Shown piece after piece: positions 7,366-19,139 of a stretch of 19,960 bases of DNA. The notes below the pieces were generated by a model, which had not been told where the DNA came from, did no database searches, and saw only the letters and a program-made list of their open reading frames with translations. The stretch is taken from the NCBI GenBank assembly GCA_003221005.1, contig QHTZ01000052.1:1-19960 (forward strand). Direction: 5' to 3'. Positions within the stretch are counted from its first letter, which is position 1. Every line of letters starts with the position of its first letter. The translations under genes and the position numbers were made by a program. Source of the stretch: Gemmatimonadota bacterium. Its GTDB lineage: Bacteria; Gemmatimonadota; Gemmatimonadetes; Gemmatimonadales; GWC2-71-9.

Positions 7366-7777
7366 CCCCGGAGGACTCGCCGGTATCGACGGACGTGATG
7401 GCGAGGAGAGTCTCGCTCGTGAAGATCGGCGCCTTGAGCCGCAGCGCGACGGCGATCGAGTCCGAGGGGCGGGCGTCGATCTGAATCACGGCGTCCCCGC
7501 GGTAGATGTGGAGCTCGGCGTAATAGGTGTTGTCCTTCACCTGGGTGATGATCACCTTGCGCAAGTCGGCGCCGAGGCCGACGATGACCTGCTTGAGGAG
7601 GTCGTGGGTGAGCGGGCGGGCGAACTTCACGCCCGCGAGCTCCATCGCGATCGCGCTCGCTTCCGCTGGCCCGATCCAGATCGGCAGGACCCGCTCCCCT
7701 TCCCGCTCCTGGAGGATGACGACCGGCGTGTTGGTCGTGCGATCGAGCCCGAGGTGGGCCACCCGCACTTCGATCAC
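7274..7777 (-). CDS. Bifunctional nuclease family protein (DUF151 / BFN domain)
   Basis: Motifs PVVILQE, RVLPIWIGPAEASAIA, RPLTHDL, IDARPSDSIAVALR..APIF and acidic tail LDPEDFGK. Confidence 0.92.
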   Translation of the reverse strand: MIEVRVAHLGLDRTTNTPVVILQEREGERVLPIWIGPAEASAIAMELAGVKFARPLTHDLLKQVIVGLGADLRKVIITQVKDNTYYAELHIYRGDAVIQIDARPSDSIAVALRLKAPIFTSETLLAITSVDTGESSGDATGPTTLDTDTLKTYLQNLDPEDFGKFTP

Positions 7778-7787
7778 GGTCGCCCGC

Positions 7788-10353
<2,566 letters not shown>

Positions 10354-10364
10354 GTGACCGTCCG

Positions 10365-12173
10365 TTAGAGGTTCAAGGTAGCGGCGGCCCGGCCCCCGGG
10401 CAACCGGGCGCCCGGGCTGGTGAAGAGCAGTTTCACATCGACCGCTTCCGCGAGCGCGGGGCCCATGATGTCGAGCACGCCTTCCGCGCTGCGCGCGTCG
10501 AGCGCGGCGTTGGCCGCGTCGCGCGCACGCGCCGCGCTGATCTGCCGCACGGTCCATTTGACGAGCGGCAACGCCGGCGGCGCGACGGAGAGGGTCTCGT
10601 AGCCGAGGCCGATGAGCAGGAACGCGGACAGCGGTTCCGACGCCATCTCACCGCACACGCTCGCGGGCTTGCCCGCCGCGCGCGCCGCGTCAGCGACGAG
10701 CTTGAGCAGCCGCAGCACGCTCGGGTCGTGCGGCGTGAAGCGATCCGCGAGGCGCGCATTGCCGCGGTCCACGACGAGCGTGTACTGCGTGAGATCGTTC
10801 GTTCCCACACTGATGAAATCGCTCTCCGCCGCGATCCGATCCGCCATCACGGCGGCGGCCGGCGTCTCGACCATGACGCCGACCGGAATGGTGCGCGCCG
10901 CCTCGACCCCCTGGGCGGCGAGCGTTTCGGCCTCCGCCGCCACGATGCTCCGGGTGCGCTGCACTTCGTCGAGCCGCGTGACCAGGGGGAGCATGAGCCG
11001 GATGTCGGCGTGCGCGGCGGCGCGCAGTGCCGCGCGCACCTGGACGCGGAACAGCTCCGGCTGGTCGAGACACACCCGGATCGCGCGCCACCCGAGGAAC
11101 GGATTCGCTTCCGCCGGGGCGCGAAACGGCGCCGGCAGCTTGTCGCCGCCCAGGTCGTATGACCGAACGACCACGGGGTAGCCGGGAAACGCCTCACCGA
11201 CGCGGCGAAAGTAGGCGGCCTGCTCGTCTTCCGTCGGGAGCGCCGTGCGCCCGGTGATCAGGAACTCGGTGCGCAGCAGCCCCACGCCCTCCGCGCGGTG
11301 GTCCCTGGCCGCCTTGATCTCCTCGGGCAGGTCCACGTTGCCGCGCAGCGTCACGTGCACGCCGTCCGTCGTCACCGCCGGCAAGTCCACCACCCCTTCC
11401 AGCTGTGACGTCATCTCCTGACGGCGGGCGTCGTCTTTGCGCGCCTCCGCGATCTCGGCCGCGCTGGGCCGCAGCAGCACAGTTCCGCGCGTGCCGTCCA
11501 CCACGACCATCGCCCCGGTCGCGATCCGCTCGACCGCCCCGGCGAGGCCCATCACCGCGGGGATCCCGATCGAGTGCGCGAGGATCGCCGCGTGAGACGT
11601 GCGTGTGCCCTCCTCGCTCACGAGGCCCACCACGCGGTCGCGCGGCAGCTGCACGGTGAGGCCGGGGGCGATCTCCCGTGCCACGACGACGCACGGCTCC
11701 GTGACGGCGTCCCACAGGTTGTCTTCCCCGCGATGCAGCAGGTGCTCGAGCACGCGGATCACGATCCCGTTCAGGTCGGCGAGCTTATCCTTCAGACGCG
11801 GACTGCCCGTCGCGCTCCACAGGTCCCGCATCTCGAGCGCTTTGAACTCGTAGGCCTTCTCGGCGGTGAGATGGCTCTCGCGGATCAGCGCCTCGACGCT
11901 CGCCAGGAAGTCCTGGTCCTCGAGCATCAGGACCTGCGCGTCGAAGATGCGCGCCTCGTCCACGCCGGCGCGGTCCTCGGCCTTCACCCTGAGGTCGAGG
12001 AGGTGGCGCTTCACATCGCTCACCGCGGCGCGCAGCCGCCGTACTTCCTTGCTCACCTGCGAGCGCGGCACGACGCGCGACGGCACCTCGGGCATGGTCC
12101 AGCGCACCACGAGGGCGGACCCGATGGCGATCCCTGGCGACACACCGATCCCCTTCAGCAGCCGCTCGCTCAC
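10365..12173 (-). CDS. ptsI: Phosphoenolpyruvate-protein phosphotransferase (PTS enzyme I)
   Basis: Phospho-His motif [11 protein letters not shown]; [54 protein letters not shown]. No N-terminal GAF domain. Confidence 0.96.
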   Translation of the reverse strand: MSERLLKGIGVSPGIAIGSALVVRWTMPEVPSRVVPRSQVSKEVRRLRAAVSDVKRHLLDLRVKAEDRAGVDEARIFDAQVLMLEDQDFLASVEALIRESHLTAEKAYEFKALEMRDLWSATGSPRLKDKLADLNGIVIRVLEHLLHRGEDNLWDAVTEPCVVVAREIAPGLTVQLPRDRVVGLVSEEGTRTSHAAILAHSIGIPAVMGLAGAVERIATGAMVVVDGTRGTVLLRPSAAEIAEARKDDARRQEMTSQLEGVVDLPAVTTDGVHVTLRGNVDLPEEIKAARDHRAEGVGLLRTEFLITGRTALPTEDEQAAYFRRVGEAFPGYPVVVRSYDLGGDKLPAPFRAPAEANPFLGWRAIRVCLDQPELFRVQVRAALRAAAHADIRLMLPLVTRLDEVQRTRSIVAAEAETLAAQGVEAARTIPVGVMVETPAAAVMADRIAAESDFISVGTNDLTQYTLVVDRGNARLADRFTPHDPSVLRLLKLVADAARAAGKPASVCGEMASEPLSAFLLIGLGYETLSVAPPALPLVKWTVRQISAARARDAANAALDARSAEGVLDIMGPALAEAVDVKLLFTSPGARLPGGRAAATLNL

Positions 12174-12496
12174 GCGGCACCCTCCTCGGTCTCGGCGGAC
12201 TCGCTCGTCTCGCCACCGGTGAGGTGCATCTCATGGAATCCGTCAGCAACCAGGGCCAAGAGAGCCTCCATCGCTTCCGCCGCGTCCTCCCCGTCCGTCC
12301 GGATGAGCATGGTCGAGCCACATTCCGCGGCGAGCATCATGACGCCCATGATGCTCTTGCCGTTTACCGTCAGCTCGTCCTTCTTGACTTCCACCGTCGC
12401 CCGGAAGCGGTTCGCCACCTTGACGAACTCCGCCGCCGGACGCGCGTGCATCCCGAGCGGGTTCACGATCGCGGCCTCGCGCTCGATCACCGCCAT
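12170..12496 (-). CDS. ptsH: Phosphocarrier protein HPr (alternative GTG start at 12490)
   Basis: C-terminal part of ORF 12170..13369: IVNPLGMHARPAA (His15 motif) and NGKSIMGVMML (Ser46 motif). Confidence 0.95.
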   Translation of the reverse strand: MAVIEREAAIVNPLGMHARPAAEFVKVANRFRATVEVKKDELTVNGKSIMGVMMLAAECGSTMLIRTDGEDAAEAMEALLALVADGFHEMHLTGGETSESAETEEGAA

Positions 12497-13227
12497 GCCC
12501 ACCCCACCACGAGCGCCATCGCGACGACGCCCAGGCCGAAGCGCAGGCCGGTGACCCCGAGCCGCGGCAGGCGCAGCAGGACGAGCCCGACCCCGGCCAC
12601 ACCCGCGACCAGGGCGCGGGCCCAGCCGGGAAAGGGTCCTCCAAGGTATCCCGCCGCAAGGGGCAGCGCCGCGCCCATCGCCAGCGCCATCCCCGGCCCC
12701 ACCACTGCGGCGGCCCGTTGCAGCACGGGCTGCCGCAGCGCCTCGGCGACGCGCATCCCCCGCGCCCACCCCGCGCGCAGCGCCCACCAGCGCAGGGCGA
12801 CGTGCCCCGCGTTGTAGAGCGCCAGGAACCCCACCACCGTCCACCAGCCCAGTCCGAGCGACACGCCCACGAGTGCGAGTCCCGAGTTGAGTGGCAGCCA
12901 CCCGGCCCACACCAGGCGGTCGCCGAGCGAGCCGAGGGGGCCGCACAGCGCGGTGCGCAGTCGCTCCACCTGGTCCGGGGGCGTGCCGTCGTGCTCCGCC
13001 CGTGCCGCGGCTCCCACTGCCATACCGCAGAGGTAGGGGTGCGCGTTGAAGAAGTGTGCGGCGCGCGCCACGGCGGCGCGGTACGCCGCTGCACTCCGCG
13101 ACACGGCGAGGTCCCGGAGCAGCGGCTCTTCGGCTACGCCGACGCCCACCCCCTGCATGCGCTCGTAGTTCCACGAGCCCTGCACGGTGAACAGGCGCAG
13201 CAGCGTGCGGCCGAGCGGCGGTTTCAC
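12487..13227 (-). CDS. PTS mannose/fructose/sorbose family IID component
   Basis: QGSWNYERMQ, FFNAHP and GPLGSLGDRLVW match ManZ-family motifs. Start probably GTG 13227 (GTGA overlap with IIC stop); 13236 also possible. Confidence 0.9.
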   Translation of the reverse strand: MKPPLGRTLLRLFTVQGSWNYERMQGVGVGVAEEPLLRDLAVSRSAAAYRAAVARAAHFFNAHPYLCGMAVGAAARAEHDGTPPDQVERLRTALCGPLGSLGDRLVWAGWLPLNSGLALVGVSLGLGWWTVVGFLALYNAGHVALRWWALRAGWARGMRVAEALRQPVLQRAAAVVGPGMALAMGAALPLAAGYLGGPFPGWARALVAGVAGVGLVLLRLPRLGVTGLRFGLGVVAMALVVGWAWR

Positions 13228-13901
13228 TTGAGCCACGCTCCCGCCGCGCCGCCGAGCAGGCCGGCCGCGAACCAGCCGAGCGTCGCGCGCCCCCCCACGA
13301 GTCGCAGCGTGCCGGCGGCCCCGGCCGCGATGGCCGCGCCCGTCGCCGCCGCGGCGACCACCATGGCACCCCGCACAGTCAACGTCCCCACAAGGAACCC
13401 GCGCACCCCGGCGGCGAGGAGCAGGCCCACCGCGGTGACGAACGCGGCCCGCGCCGCGTCCCGCGCGAGGCTCGTGACGTGGAGGCGCACGAGCGTGGCC
13501 GCGTCGCCCGCCTCGAGCGCGTCGCTCGCGCGTTGCACCGCCCTGGTGTTCAGCCGGCGCAGCGCGTGGAGGCTCACGCCGCCGAGCAGGCCGGTGAAGA
13601 GACCGACCACGGCGCCGAAGCCGATCCCGAGGGCCCCTGTGGCGGCGTGTGCCACGCTCACGCCTGCGACCGTGGCGGGACCGTACTCGGGATAGCGGAC
13701 GGCCCCGAGATGCAGGATGTCGTGCTGGAGCAGCTCGAACACGACGCCAAGCCGCAGACCGGTGCCGACATCGCCCAGGATCGCGCCTGCGACGACGCCC
13801 GCCACCAGCGGTCGGGCGATCATCGCCTGCGGCACGCTCGCGAGGTCGAGTCCGACGAGCATCCCCCAGACCAGGAGCAGGCCCTGCTGCTCGAGGCTCA
13901 C
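13224..13901 (-). CDS. PTS mannose/fructose/sorbose family IIC component
   Basis: GTG 13901 overlapping the IIB stop. Motifs QAMIARPLVAGVVAGAILGDVGTGLRLG..FEL and LGAVRYPE; hydrophobic; located between IIB and IID. Confidence 0.88.
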   Translation of the reverse strand: MSLEQQGLLLVWGMLVGLDLASVPQAMIARPLVAGVVAGAILGDVGTGLRLGVVFELLQHDILHLGAVRYPEYGPATVAGVSVAHAATGALGIGFGAVVGLFTGLLGGVSLHALRRLNTRAVQRASDALEAGDAATLVRLHVTSLARDAARAAFVTAVGLLLAAGVRGFLVGTLTVRGAMVVAAAATGAAIAAGAAGTLRLVGGRATLGWFAAGLLGGAAGAWLK

Positions 13902-14371
13902 GTGAACTCCGCGAGCGGCACCGGCCGGGCGGTGGGGACGTCCTGGGCCGTGACCTCGACGCCGCGCGCCGCGAGACGCTGCAGCTGCTCCACCTCGGCG
14001 TCGCTCAGGAAGACGAAACGGAGCCGCTCCGAGCGGCCCGGCCGGGCGTGGATGCCACCGACGTTGATGCGCGTGACGCGGTGGCAGTTCTCGGTGAGGG
14101 CCGCGAGCGTCGCGATGTCGCCCGCGAGGACGATGCCGGGCCGCGGATCCGCGTCCCACTCGGGGAGCTGTGCCACAGCCTCGGCCAGCGAGGCGAAGAT
14201 GACGTCGATGTGCGGCGGCACGCCCATGCGGTACAGCTCCTGCTCGACGGGACTCGCGCGCACTGCGTCGTCCACGAGCACGATGAAACCCACGTGCAGG
14301 GGCTGACCCCAGCCAACGACCACCTGACCGTGGATCAAGCGGTCATCGATCCGGAACAGCTTGATGCTCAT
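13898..14371 (-). CDS. PTS mannose/fructose/sorbose family IIB component
   Basis: Catalytic motif RIDDRLIHGQVVVGW; INVGG; GVEVTAQDVP. Confidence 0.95.
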   Translation of the reverse strand: MSIKLFRIDDRLIHGQVVVGWGQPLHVGFIVLVDDAVRASPVEQELYRMGVPPHIDVIFASLAEAVAQLPEWDADPRPGIVLAGDIATLAALTENCHRVTRINVGGIHARPGRSERLRFVFLSDAEVEQLQRLAARGVEVTAQDVPTARPVPLAEFT

Positions 14372-14748
14372 GCAGCGGGAGTGCGGATTGCCCGGCTACC
14401 GGCAGCGGCGGCGCGCTGCGCTGCGGCGAGCGGCGCGAGGTCGCGGTGGAACACGAAGTCGAGCAGCATCGCAAGGTTCACGCCGGTGACGACGGCGAGC
14501 TCGGGGCGGCCGCGCGCGTAGGACACGGCGCCCGTGAGACAGGATCCCCCCGGGAGATCGATGAAGAGCACGGCGGGGGAGTCACCGACGGCCTCGGCGA
14601 GCATGCGGAACAGCGCGTCGCGATCGCAGCCGTCGTTGCTCACGGGCACGAAGGCGTCGCTCACCCCGGTAATGTTCTCCACGGCCGCGATCAGCGCCTT
14701 GGCGACCGCCGCGTGGGAGACGATCACTCCGCGCAGCGGATTACTCAT
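14368..14748 (-). CDS. PTS mannose/fructose/sorbose family IIA component
   Basis: GVIVSH (phospho-His), FIDLPGGS and VVTGVNLAMLL motifs. Confidence 0.92.
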   Translation of the reverse strand: MSNPLRGVIVSHAAVAKALIAAVENITGVSDAFVPVSNDGCDRDALFRMLAEAVGDSPAVLFIDLPGGSCLTGAVSYARGRPELAVVTGVNLAMLLDFVFHRDLAPLAAAQRAAAAGSRAIRTPAA

Positions 14749-15709
14749 AGTCCCCCTCCAGGTACTCCTGAAGCTCCCGCGGCTCAGCCATGCGCTTGAG
14801 CAGGCGCTCGTTGAACCGCTTGGCCGAGTCCACGCCGCCGTAGCGCAGCAGGTGATTCATCGCCACCACCTCGCAGATCACCGTGAGGTTCTTCCCGGGG
14901 TTGAGCGGCACCGTGACGACCGGCACGGACACCTCGAGGATGTCGGTCCGCTCCTGGTCCAGGCCGGTGCGGTCGTACTCGCGCGAGGCATCCCAATCGG
15001 CGAGCTGCACCACCACCTCCACGCGCTTCTGCTGCCGCACCGCGCGGATCCCGAACAGCGCCTGGATGTCGATCAGCCCCACGCCGCGGATCTCCATGTA
15101 GTGACGCGCCAGGTCGTGCCCCCGCCCGATCAGCACGTCGTTGCCGAGCCGGTTGATGTGCACCACGTCGTCCGCCACGAGCCGGTGCCCGCGCTCCACC
15201 AGGTCGAGCACGCATTCGCTCTTGCCAATCCCGGAGCGGCCCACGAACAGGAGGCCGACGCCGAACACGTCGGCGAGCGAGCCGTGCACCGTGGTCGTGG
15301 GCGCGAAGACCTCATCCAGGTATGGCTTCAAGCGACGGTAGAACTCCGACGTCTTGAGCTTGGTGCGGATCACCGCGATGCCCTTGGCCCGCGCCAGCTC
15401 GAGCAGCTCGGAGGGCGGCTCCTGCCCTTTCGTGACGACCACACACGGCAGGTCGAAGGTGAAGAAGGTCTCGAGCGAGCGGCGGCGCGCCGCGGCGTCG
15501 AGCGCGGCGAGATAGGTGATCTCGGTCTGACCGAGCACGTGGATGCGCGTCTGCGCGAACCGCTTGGTGAAGCCGGCCAGGACCAATCCCGGGCTCGACG
15601 CTTCCGGGGTGGGCATCTCACGGTCCAGACCCAGGTCGCCGGTGAGCGCCTCGAGCTGCAAGAGATTCCCCTTGCGCTCGAGGAGGTCGCGGACCTTGGG
15701 GAGCGTCAC
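14741..15709 (-). CDS. hprK: HPr(Ser) kinase/phosphorylase
   Basis: HGSLADVFGVGLLFVGRSGIGKSEC (Walker A), RGHRLVADDVV, MEIRGVGLIDI, YDRTG, PGKNL; includes the N-terminal domain (PGLVLAGF, RIHVLGQTE). Confidence 0.97.
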   Translation of the reverse strand: MTLPKVRDLLERKGNLLQLEALTGDLGLDREMPTPEASSPGLVLAGFTKRFAQTRIHVLGQTEITYLAALDAAARRRSLETFFTFDLPCVVVTKGQEPPSELLELARAKGIAVIRTKLKTSEFYRRLKPYLDEVFAPTTTVHGSLADVFGVGLLFVGRSGIGKSECVLDLVERGHRLVADDVVHINRLGNDVLIGRGHDLARHYMEIRGVGLIDIQALFGIRAVRQQKRVEVVVQLADWDASREYDRTGLDQERTDILEVSVPVVTVPLNPGKNLTVICEVVAMNHLLRYGGVDSAKRFNERLLKRMAEPRELQEYLEGDYE

Positions 15710-16014
15710 CGTGGCCTCCGGACCCGCGCGCGGGCCCGCCGCAGGGGCGGCTTGTCGAGCTGCCGCCGCACCTTCGCCCCCGCCCGGTCAAGGGCGGAGC
15801 GATGGTCCGCGCCACCTGCGGTGCCGACATGGATCCGGCCCCGCGCGGTATGCAGGCGAACCTCGACGGTCGGCGTCCCGTGATCCGCGCCGAAGATGAC
15901 CTGGGCATCGTGCGGCCGGGCGGCGACTCTGGAGAGGCGCTCGAGCAGCGCGCGCGCCCGCTGGCGCAGCTCGTCGGGGATGTCGCAGTGGCGCGCGGTA
16001 ATCGTGATGCGCAT
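15706..16014 (-). CDS. hpf: Ribosome hibernation factor, HPF/RaiA family (short form, 102 aa)
   Basis: ATG 16014 with GGGAGG ribosome-binding site 6 nt upstream. Sequence MRITITARHCDIPDELR...D...ALDRAGAKVRRQL; canonical position before hprK. Confidence 0.85.
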   Translation of the reverse strand: MRITITARHCDIPDELRQRARALLERLSRVAARPHDAQVIFGADHGTPTVEVRLHTARGRIHVGTAGGADHRSALDRAGAKVRRQLDKPPLRRARARVRRPR

Positions 16015-16016
16015 GA

Positions 16017-17055
16017 TCAGCCTCCCGCTCCCTGAGCGATGACGCGCTGCAGGTGCGCCTCGGTTGCCCCCGCCGCGCGCTCCCACGACAGACCGGTGGC
16101 GAACGCGCGCGCCGCGCGACCCAGCCGCGCCACGAGCCCAGCGTCGGAAGCGAGCTCGAGCATGCGCGCCGCGAGCGCCGCGGCGTCGCCGTGCGGCACC
16201 AGGAAGCCCGTCTCCCCGTGCCGCACCGATTCGCGGAGCCCCGGACTGTCGGAGGCGAGCGCGGGCGTGCCGCAGGCCCCGGCCTCCACATTCGTGATGC
16301 CCCAGCCTTCCTTCGGGCTGGGCAACACCACCGCCCATGCCTGGCGCATCAAGCGGCGCTTCTCCTCGGCCGACACGAAGCCCAGGAAGCGCGTCCGGTC
16401 CGCCACGCCGAGCGTGCCCGCCAGCCGCTCGAGCCGGGGACGGTCGTCGCCCTGCCCCGCGACGTCGAGTGCCAGGTCGGCCCGGCGCCGCGGCGCGCGG
16501 CGTCGCGTCATCCGGACAGTACCAGGCCGTGTCCACGCCGGGGTAGATCACCGCGATGCGCTCGGCGGGCACGCCGCGGCGCACCAGGTCGTCGCGCGTG
16601 CTTCCGGAGATCGCGTGGAACGCCGCCCGCCGGTAACCGCGCGGCAGGGGGAGCTCCGCCGCCCAGACGATAGCCGCCACGACCCAGTTCGCCTCCACGA
16701 ACGCCGTGGTCCCGAACAGGTGGGGCACGATGGCGCAGAAGGGGAGCCTCGTCAGCCGGCAGAGGTAGAGGGGCAGCTTGTTGATGTCCTCGACCACCAC
16801 ATCGTAGCGGCGCGACGCCAGCAGCTTCCGCAGCGCCGGCCGCGCGCGCAGCGCGAACGTGTGCCGGCCGCCGAACCGCCGCACCTGCATGCCGTCGAGC
16901 TCCGCGCGCGACGCCGCGCCCGGCCACCCGCTCGTCACCAGGTCGACCGCGTGATCGCGGGCTGCGAGGCGGCCGAAGATCTCGTGCAAGTGGATCTCCG
17001 CGCCTCCCGCGTACGGATTCTCCCGGTCGTTCCAGTTGACCAACAGGATTCTCAC
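16017..17055 (-). pseudogene. GT4 (GT-B fold) glycosyltransferase with internal deletion and frameshift near 16480-16500
   Basis: N-domain MRILLVNW.D..NP.AGGAE.H...IS.STRDDL..IYPGVD is in one frame. C-domain AGQGDDRPRL...FLGFV...PSPKEGWGITNVEAGACGTP..ASDSPGLRESV..GETG is in another. The family's (F/L)(Y/F)VGRL...KG segment that should join them is absent in both frames. Confidence 0.85.
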
Positions 17056-17465
17056 AGCGCGCCCAGCTCCCGGGCGATGGCGTCCAGCACGCCGTTGACG
17101 AACCCCGGCGCCTTGGACCCGGCGAACCAGTGGGCGAGCTTGACCGCCTCGTCGATCACCACGCGCGGCGGCGTGGCCCCCTCAGCGAGCTCCGCGAGCG
17201 CCAGGCGCAGCACATTGCGTTCCACCACCCCGACCCGCTCCAGCCGCCAGTGCTCCGCGGCATCCGCGACGCGGCGGTCGAACTCCGGGAGCCCGGCAAT
17301 CGCCTGCGCCGCGAGATCGGCGCCGCGATCGTAGCCCGCCCCCGTGGCGCCGTACATGCCCGCCACCCGCGCCACCACCGTTTCGAGCGACGGCCGGCCG
17401 GAGAGGTCCCACGCGTAGAGGAGTTGGAGGGCGCGCACCCGCGCCTTAGTCTCGGGGCGCTGCAC
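17052..17465 (-). CDS. nusB: Transcription antitermination factor NusB
   Basis: AR..ALQLLY, HWRLER..VVERNVLRLA..E, P.RVVIDEAVKLA..F, FVNGVLD; canonical ribH-nusB linkage. Confidence 0.95.
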   Translation of the reverse strand: MQRPETKARVRALQLLYAWDLSGRPSLETVVARVAGMYGATGAGYDRGADLAAQAIAGLPEFDRRVADAAEHWRLERVGVVERNVLRLALAELAEGATPPRVVIDEAVKLAHWFAGSKAPGFVNGVLDAIARELGAL

Positions 17466-17931
17466 GGGTCACCTGGGCCAGCACGCTGGCCGTCGTGAGC
17501 GCCGCCTCGGCCGCCTCGTAACCCTTGTTCCCTGCCTCGCCCCCGGCGCGCGCCATCGCCTGCTCGAGGGACTCCGTCGTCAGCACGCCGAACCCCACCG
17601 GGAGGCGGTGGGCGAGCGCGACGTTGCCGAGCCCGCGGGCCGCTTCGCCCGCGACGTACTCGAAATGCGGCGTCTCCCCACGGATCACGCAACCGAGGGC
17701 GACGATCGCGGCGTAGCGGCCGCTCGCCGCCGCCGTCTCCGCGGCCACGGGGAGCTCGAAGGCGCCGGGAACCCAGATGACGTCTACCGCGTCCTCCGGC
17801 ACGTGGTGCTCGCGCAGGCACCGCTCCGCACCCTCGAGCAGGCGCTTCGTGACGAGCTCGTTGTAGCGGCTGACGACGACGGCCACGCGACCGGCACGGG
17901 AGGCGCGGGGCGAGCCCTGGAGGTCGGCCAC
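17446..17931 (-). CDS. ribH: 6,7-dimethyl-8-ribityllumazine synthase
   Basis: GTG 17931. Motifs VVSRYN, WVPGAFELP, ALGCVIRGETPHFEYVA, PVGFGVLTT, RAGGEAGNKGYEAA. Confidence 0.96.
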   Translation of the reverse strand: MADLQGSPRASRAGRVAVVVSRYNELVTKRLLEGAERCLREHHVPEDAVDVIWVPGAFELPVAAETAAASGRYAAIVALGCVIRGETPHFEYVAGEAARGLGNVALAHRLPVGFGVLTTESLEQAMARAGGEAGNKGYEAAEAALTTASVLAQVTRAAPRD

Positions 17932-17933
17932 GT

Positions 17934-19139
17934 TCAGTGCGTCAGCAGGTGGCCGAGCTTGTCCCGCTTGACGTCGAGATAGGACCGGTTCTCGTCCGAG
18001 GCCTCGGGCACGATTGGCATGCGCTCGACGATCTCGAGCCCATAGCCCTCGAGGCCGATCAGCTTCATCGGGTTGTTGGTCAACACGCGGATGGAGGAGA
18101 GCCCCAGATCCAGGAGGATCTGGGCCCCGATGCCGTAGTTGCGCAGGTCGGCCTTGAACCCGAGCTTCTCGTTCGCCGTCACCGTGTCGTGACCGGCGTC
18201 CTGAAGCTCGTACGCCTTGAGCTTGTTCAGCAGACCGATGCCGCGACCTTCCTGATCGAGATACACGACCACGCCGCGGCCTTCCTTGGCGATCATCCGC
18301 ATCGCGTTGTGCAGCTGCCACCCGCAGTCACAGCGCCCCGAGGCGAACACGTCGCCGGTGAGGCACTTTGAGTGCATGCGCACCAGCACGTTCTTCTCGC
18401 CGTGCACGTCGCTGTACACGAGTGCCACGTGCTCGGCCGCGTCCACGTCGTTGCGGTAGCCGAGGATGCGGAACTCCCCGAACGGCGTCGGCAGCCGCGC
18501 TTCCGCCACGCGATGCACCAACCGCTCCGTCACGAGGCGGTACGCGACGAGCTGCGCCACCGTGATGAATGTGAGGCCGTGCTGCGCCGCGAAGCGCTCG
18601 AGCTCCGCCCGGCGCGCCATGGTGCCGTCCGCGCTCAGGATCTCGCAGATCACGCCCGCCGGGTAGAGACCGGCGAGCCGCGCAAGGTCCACGCTCGCCT
18701 CGGTCTGGCCGACGCGCTGGAGCACACCTCCCGGGCGCGCGCGCAGCGGGAAGACGTGCCCCGGCCGGCGCAGGTCGCTCGGGATCGTCGCGGGATCGAT
18801 CGCGACGCGGATCGTGGTGGCTCGGTCCGCAGCCGAAATGCCCGTGGTCACGCCGAACCGCGCCGCCGCGTCGACGCTCACTGTGAAGGCGGTCTCGTGC
18901 GCCTCGGTGTTGTGCTCGGCCATGGGCGTGAGCCCCAGGGCCTGGCACCGCTCGGGCATGAGCGTCAGACAGATGAGCCCGCGCCCGTGCGTCGCCATGA
19001 AGTTGATCATCTCGGAGGTGACTCGATCGGCCGCGCCGACCAGGTCGCCCTCGTTCTCCCGGTCTTCGTCATCCGCGACGATGACGAGCTTGCCGGCGCG
19101 AACGTCCGCGATCGCTTGCTCTACCGTTCCGAACGACAT
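17934..19139 (-). CDS. ribBA: Bifunctional 3,4-dihydroxy-2-butanone-4-phosphate synthase / GTP cyclohydrolase II
   Basis: N-half DDEDRENEGD, FTVSVD, TTGISAADR, PGHVFPL. C-half HSKCLTGD..RCDCG, QEGRGIGL.NK..AY.LQD, D.RNYG, LTNNP.K. Confidence 0.97.
   Translation of the reverse strand: MSFGTVEQAIADVRAGKLVIVADDEDRENEGDLVGAADRVTSEMINFMATHGRGLICLTLMPERCQALGLTPMAEHNTEAHETAFTVSVDAAARFGVTTGISAADRATTIRVAIDPATIPSDLRRPGHVFPLRARPGGVLQRVGQTEASVDLARLAGLYPAGVICEILSADGTMARRAELERFAAQHGLTFITVAQLVAYRLVTERLVHRVAEARLPTPFGEFRILGYRNDVDAAEHVALVYSDVHGEKNVLVRMHSKCLTGDVFASGRCDCGWQLHNAMRMIAKEGRGVVVYLDQEGRGIGLLNKLKAYELQDAGHDTVTANEKLGFKADLRNYGIGAQILLDLGLSSIRVLTNNPMKLIGLEGYGLEIVERMPIVPEASDENRSYLDVKRDKLGHLLTH

Noticed and set aside
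10354-10364. SAM riboswitch before metK (and SAH riboswitch before ahcY, FMN riboswitch for rib genes)
   Set aside because: The gap before metK is only 11 nt and ahcY overlaps metK; any rib leader lies outside the window.
12170-14159. Apparent 399-aa HPr fusion (12170..13369) and 311-aa IIC (13224..14159)
   Set aside because: The extensions overlap IID and IIB out of frame; domain boundaries and stop/start overlaps point to starts at 12496/12490 and 13901.
17446-18321. 291-aa ribH ORF
   Set aside because: The first 130 residues are an off-frame reading of ribBA; the lumazine synthase begins at GTG 17931.
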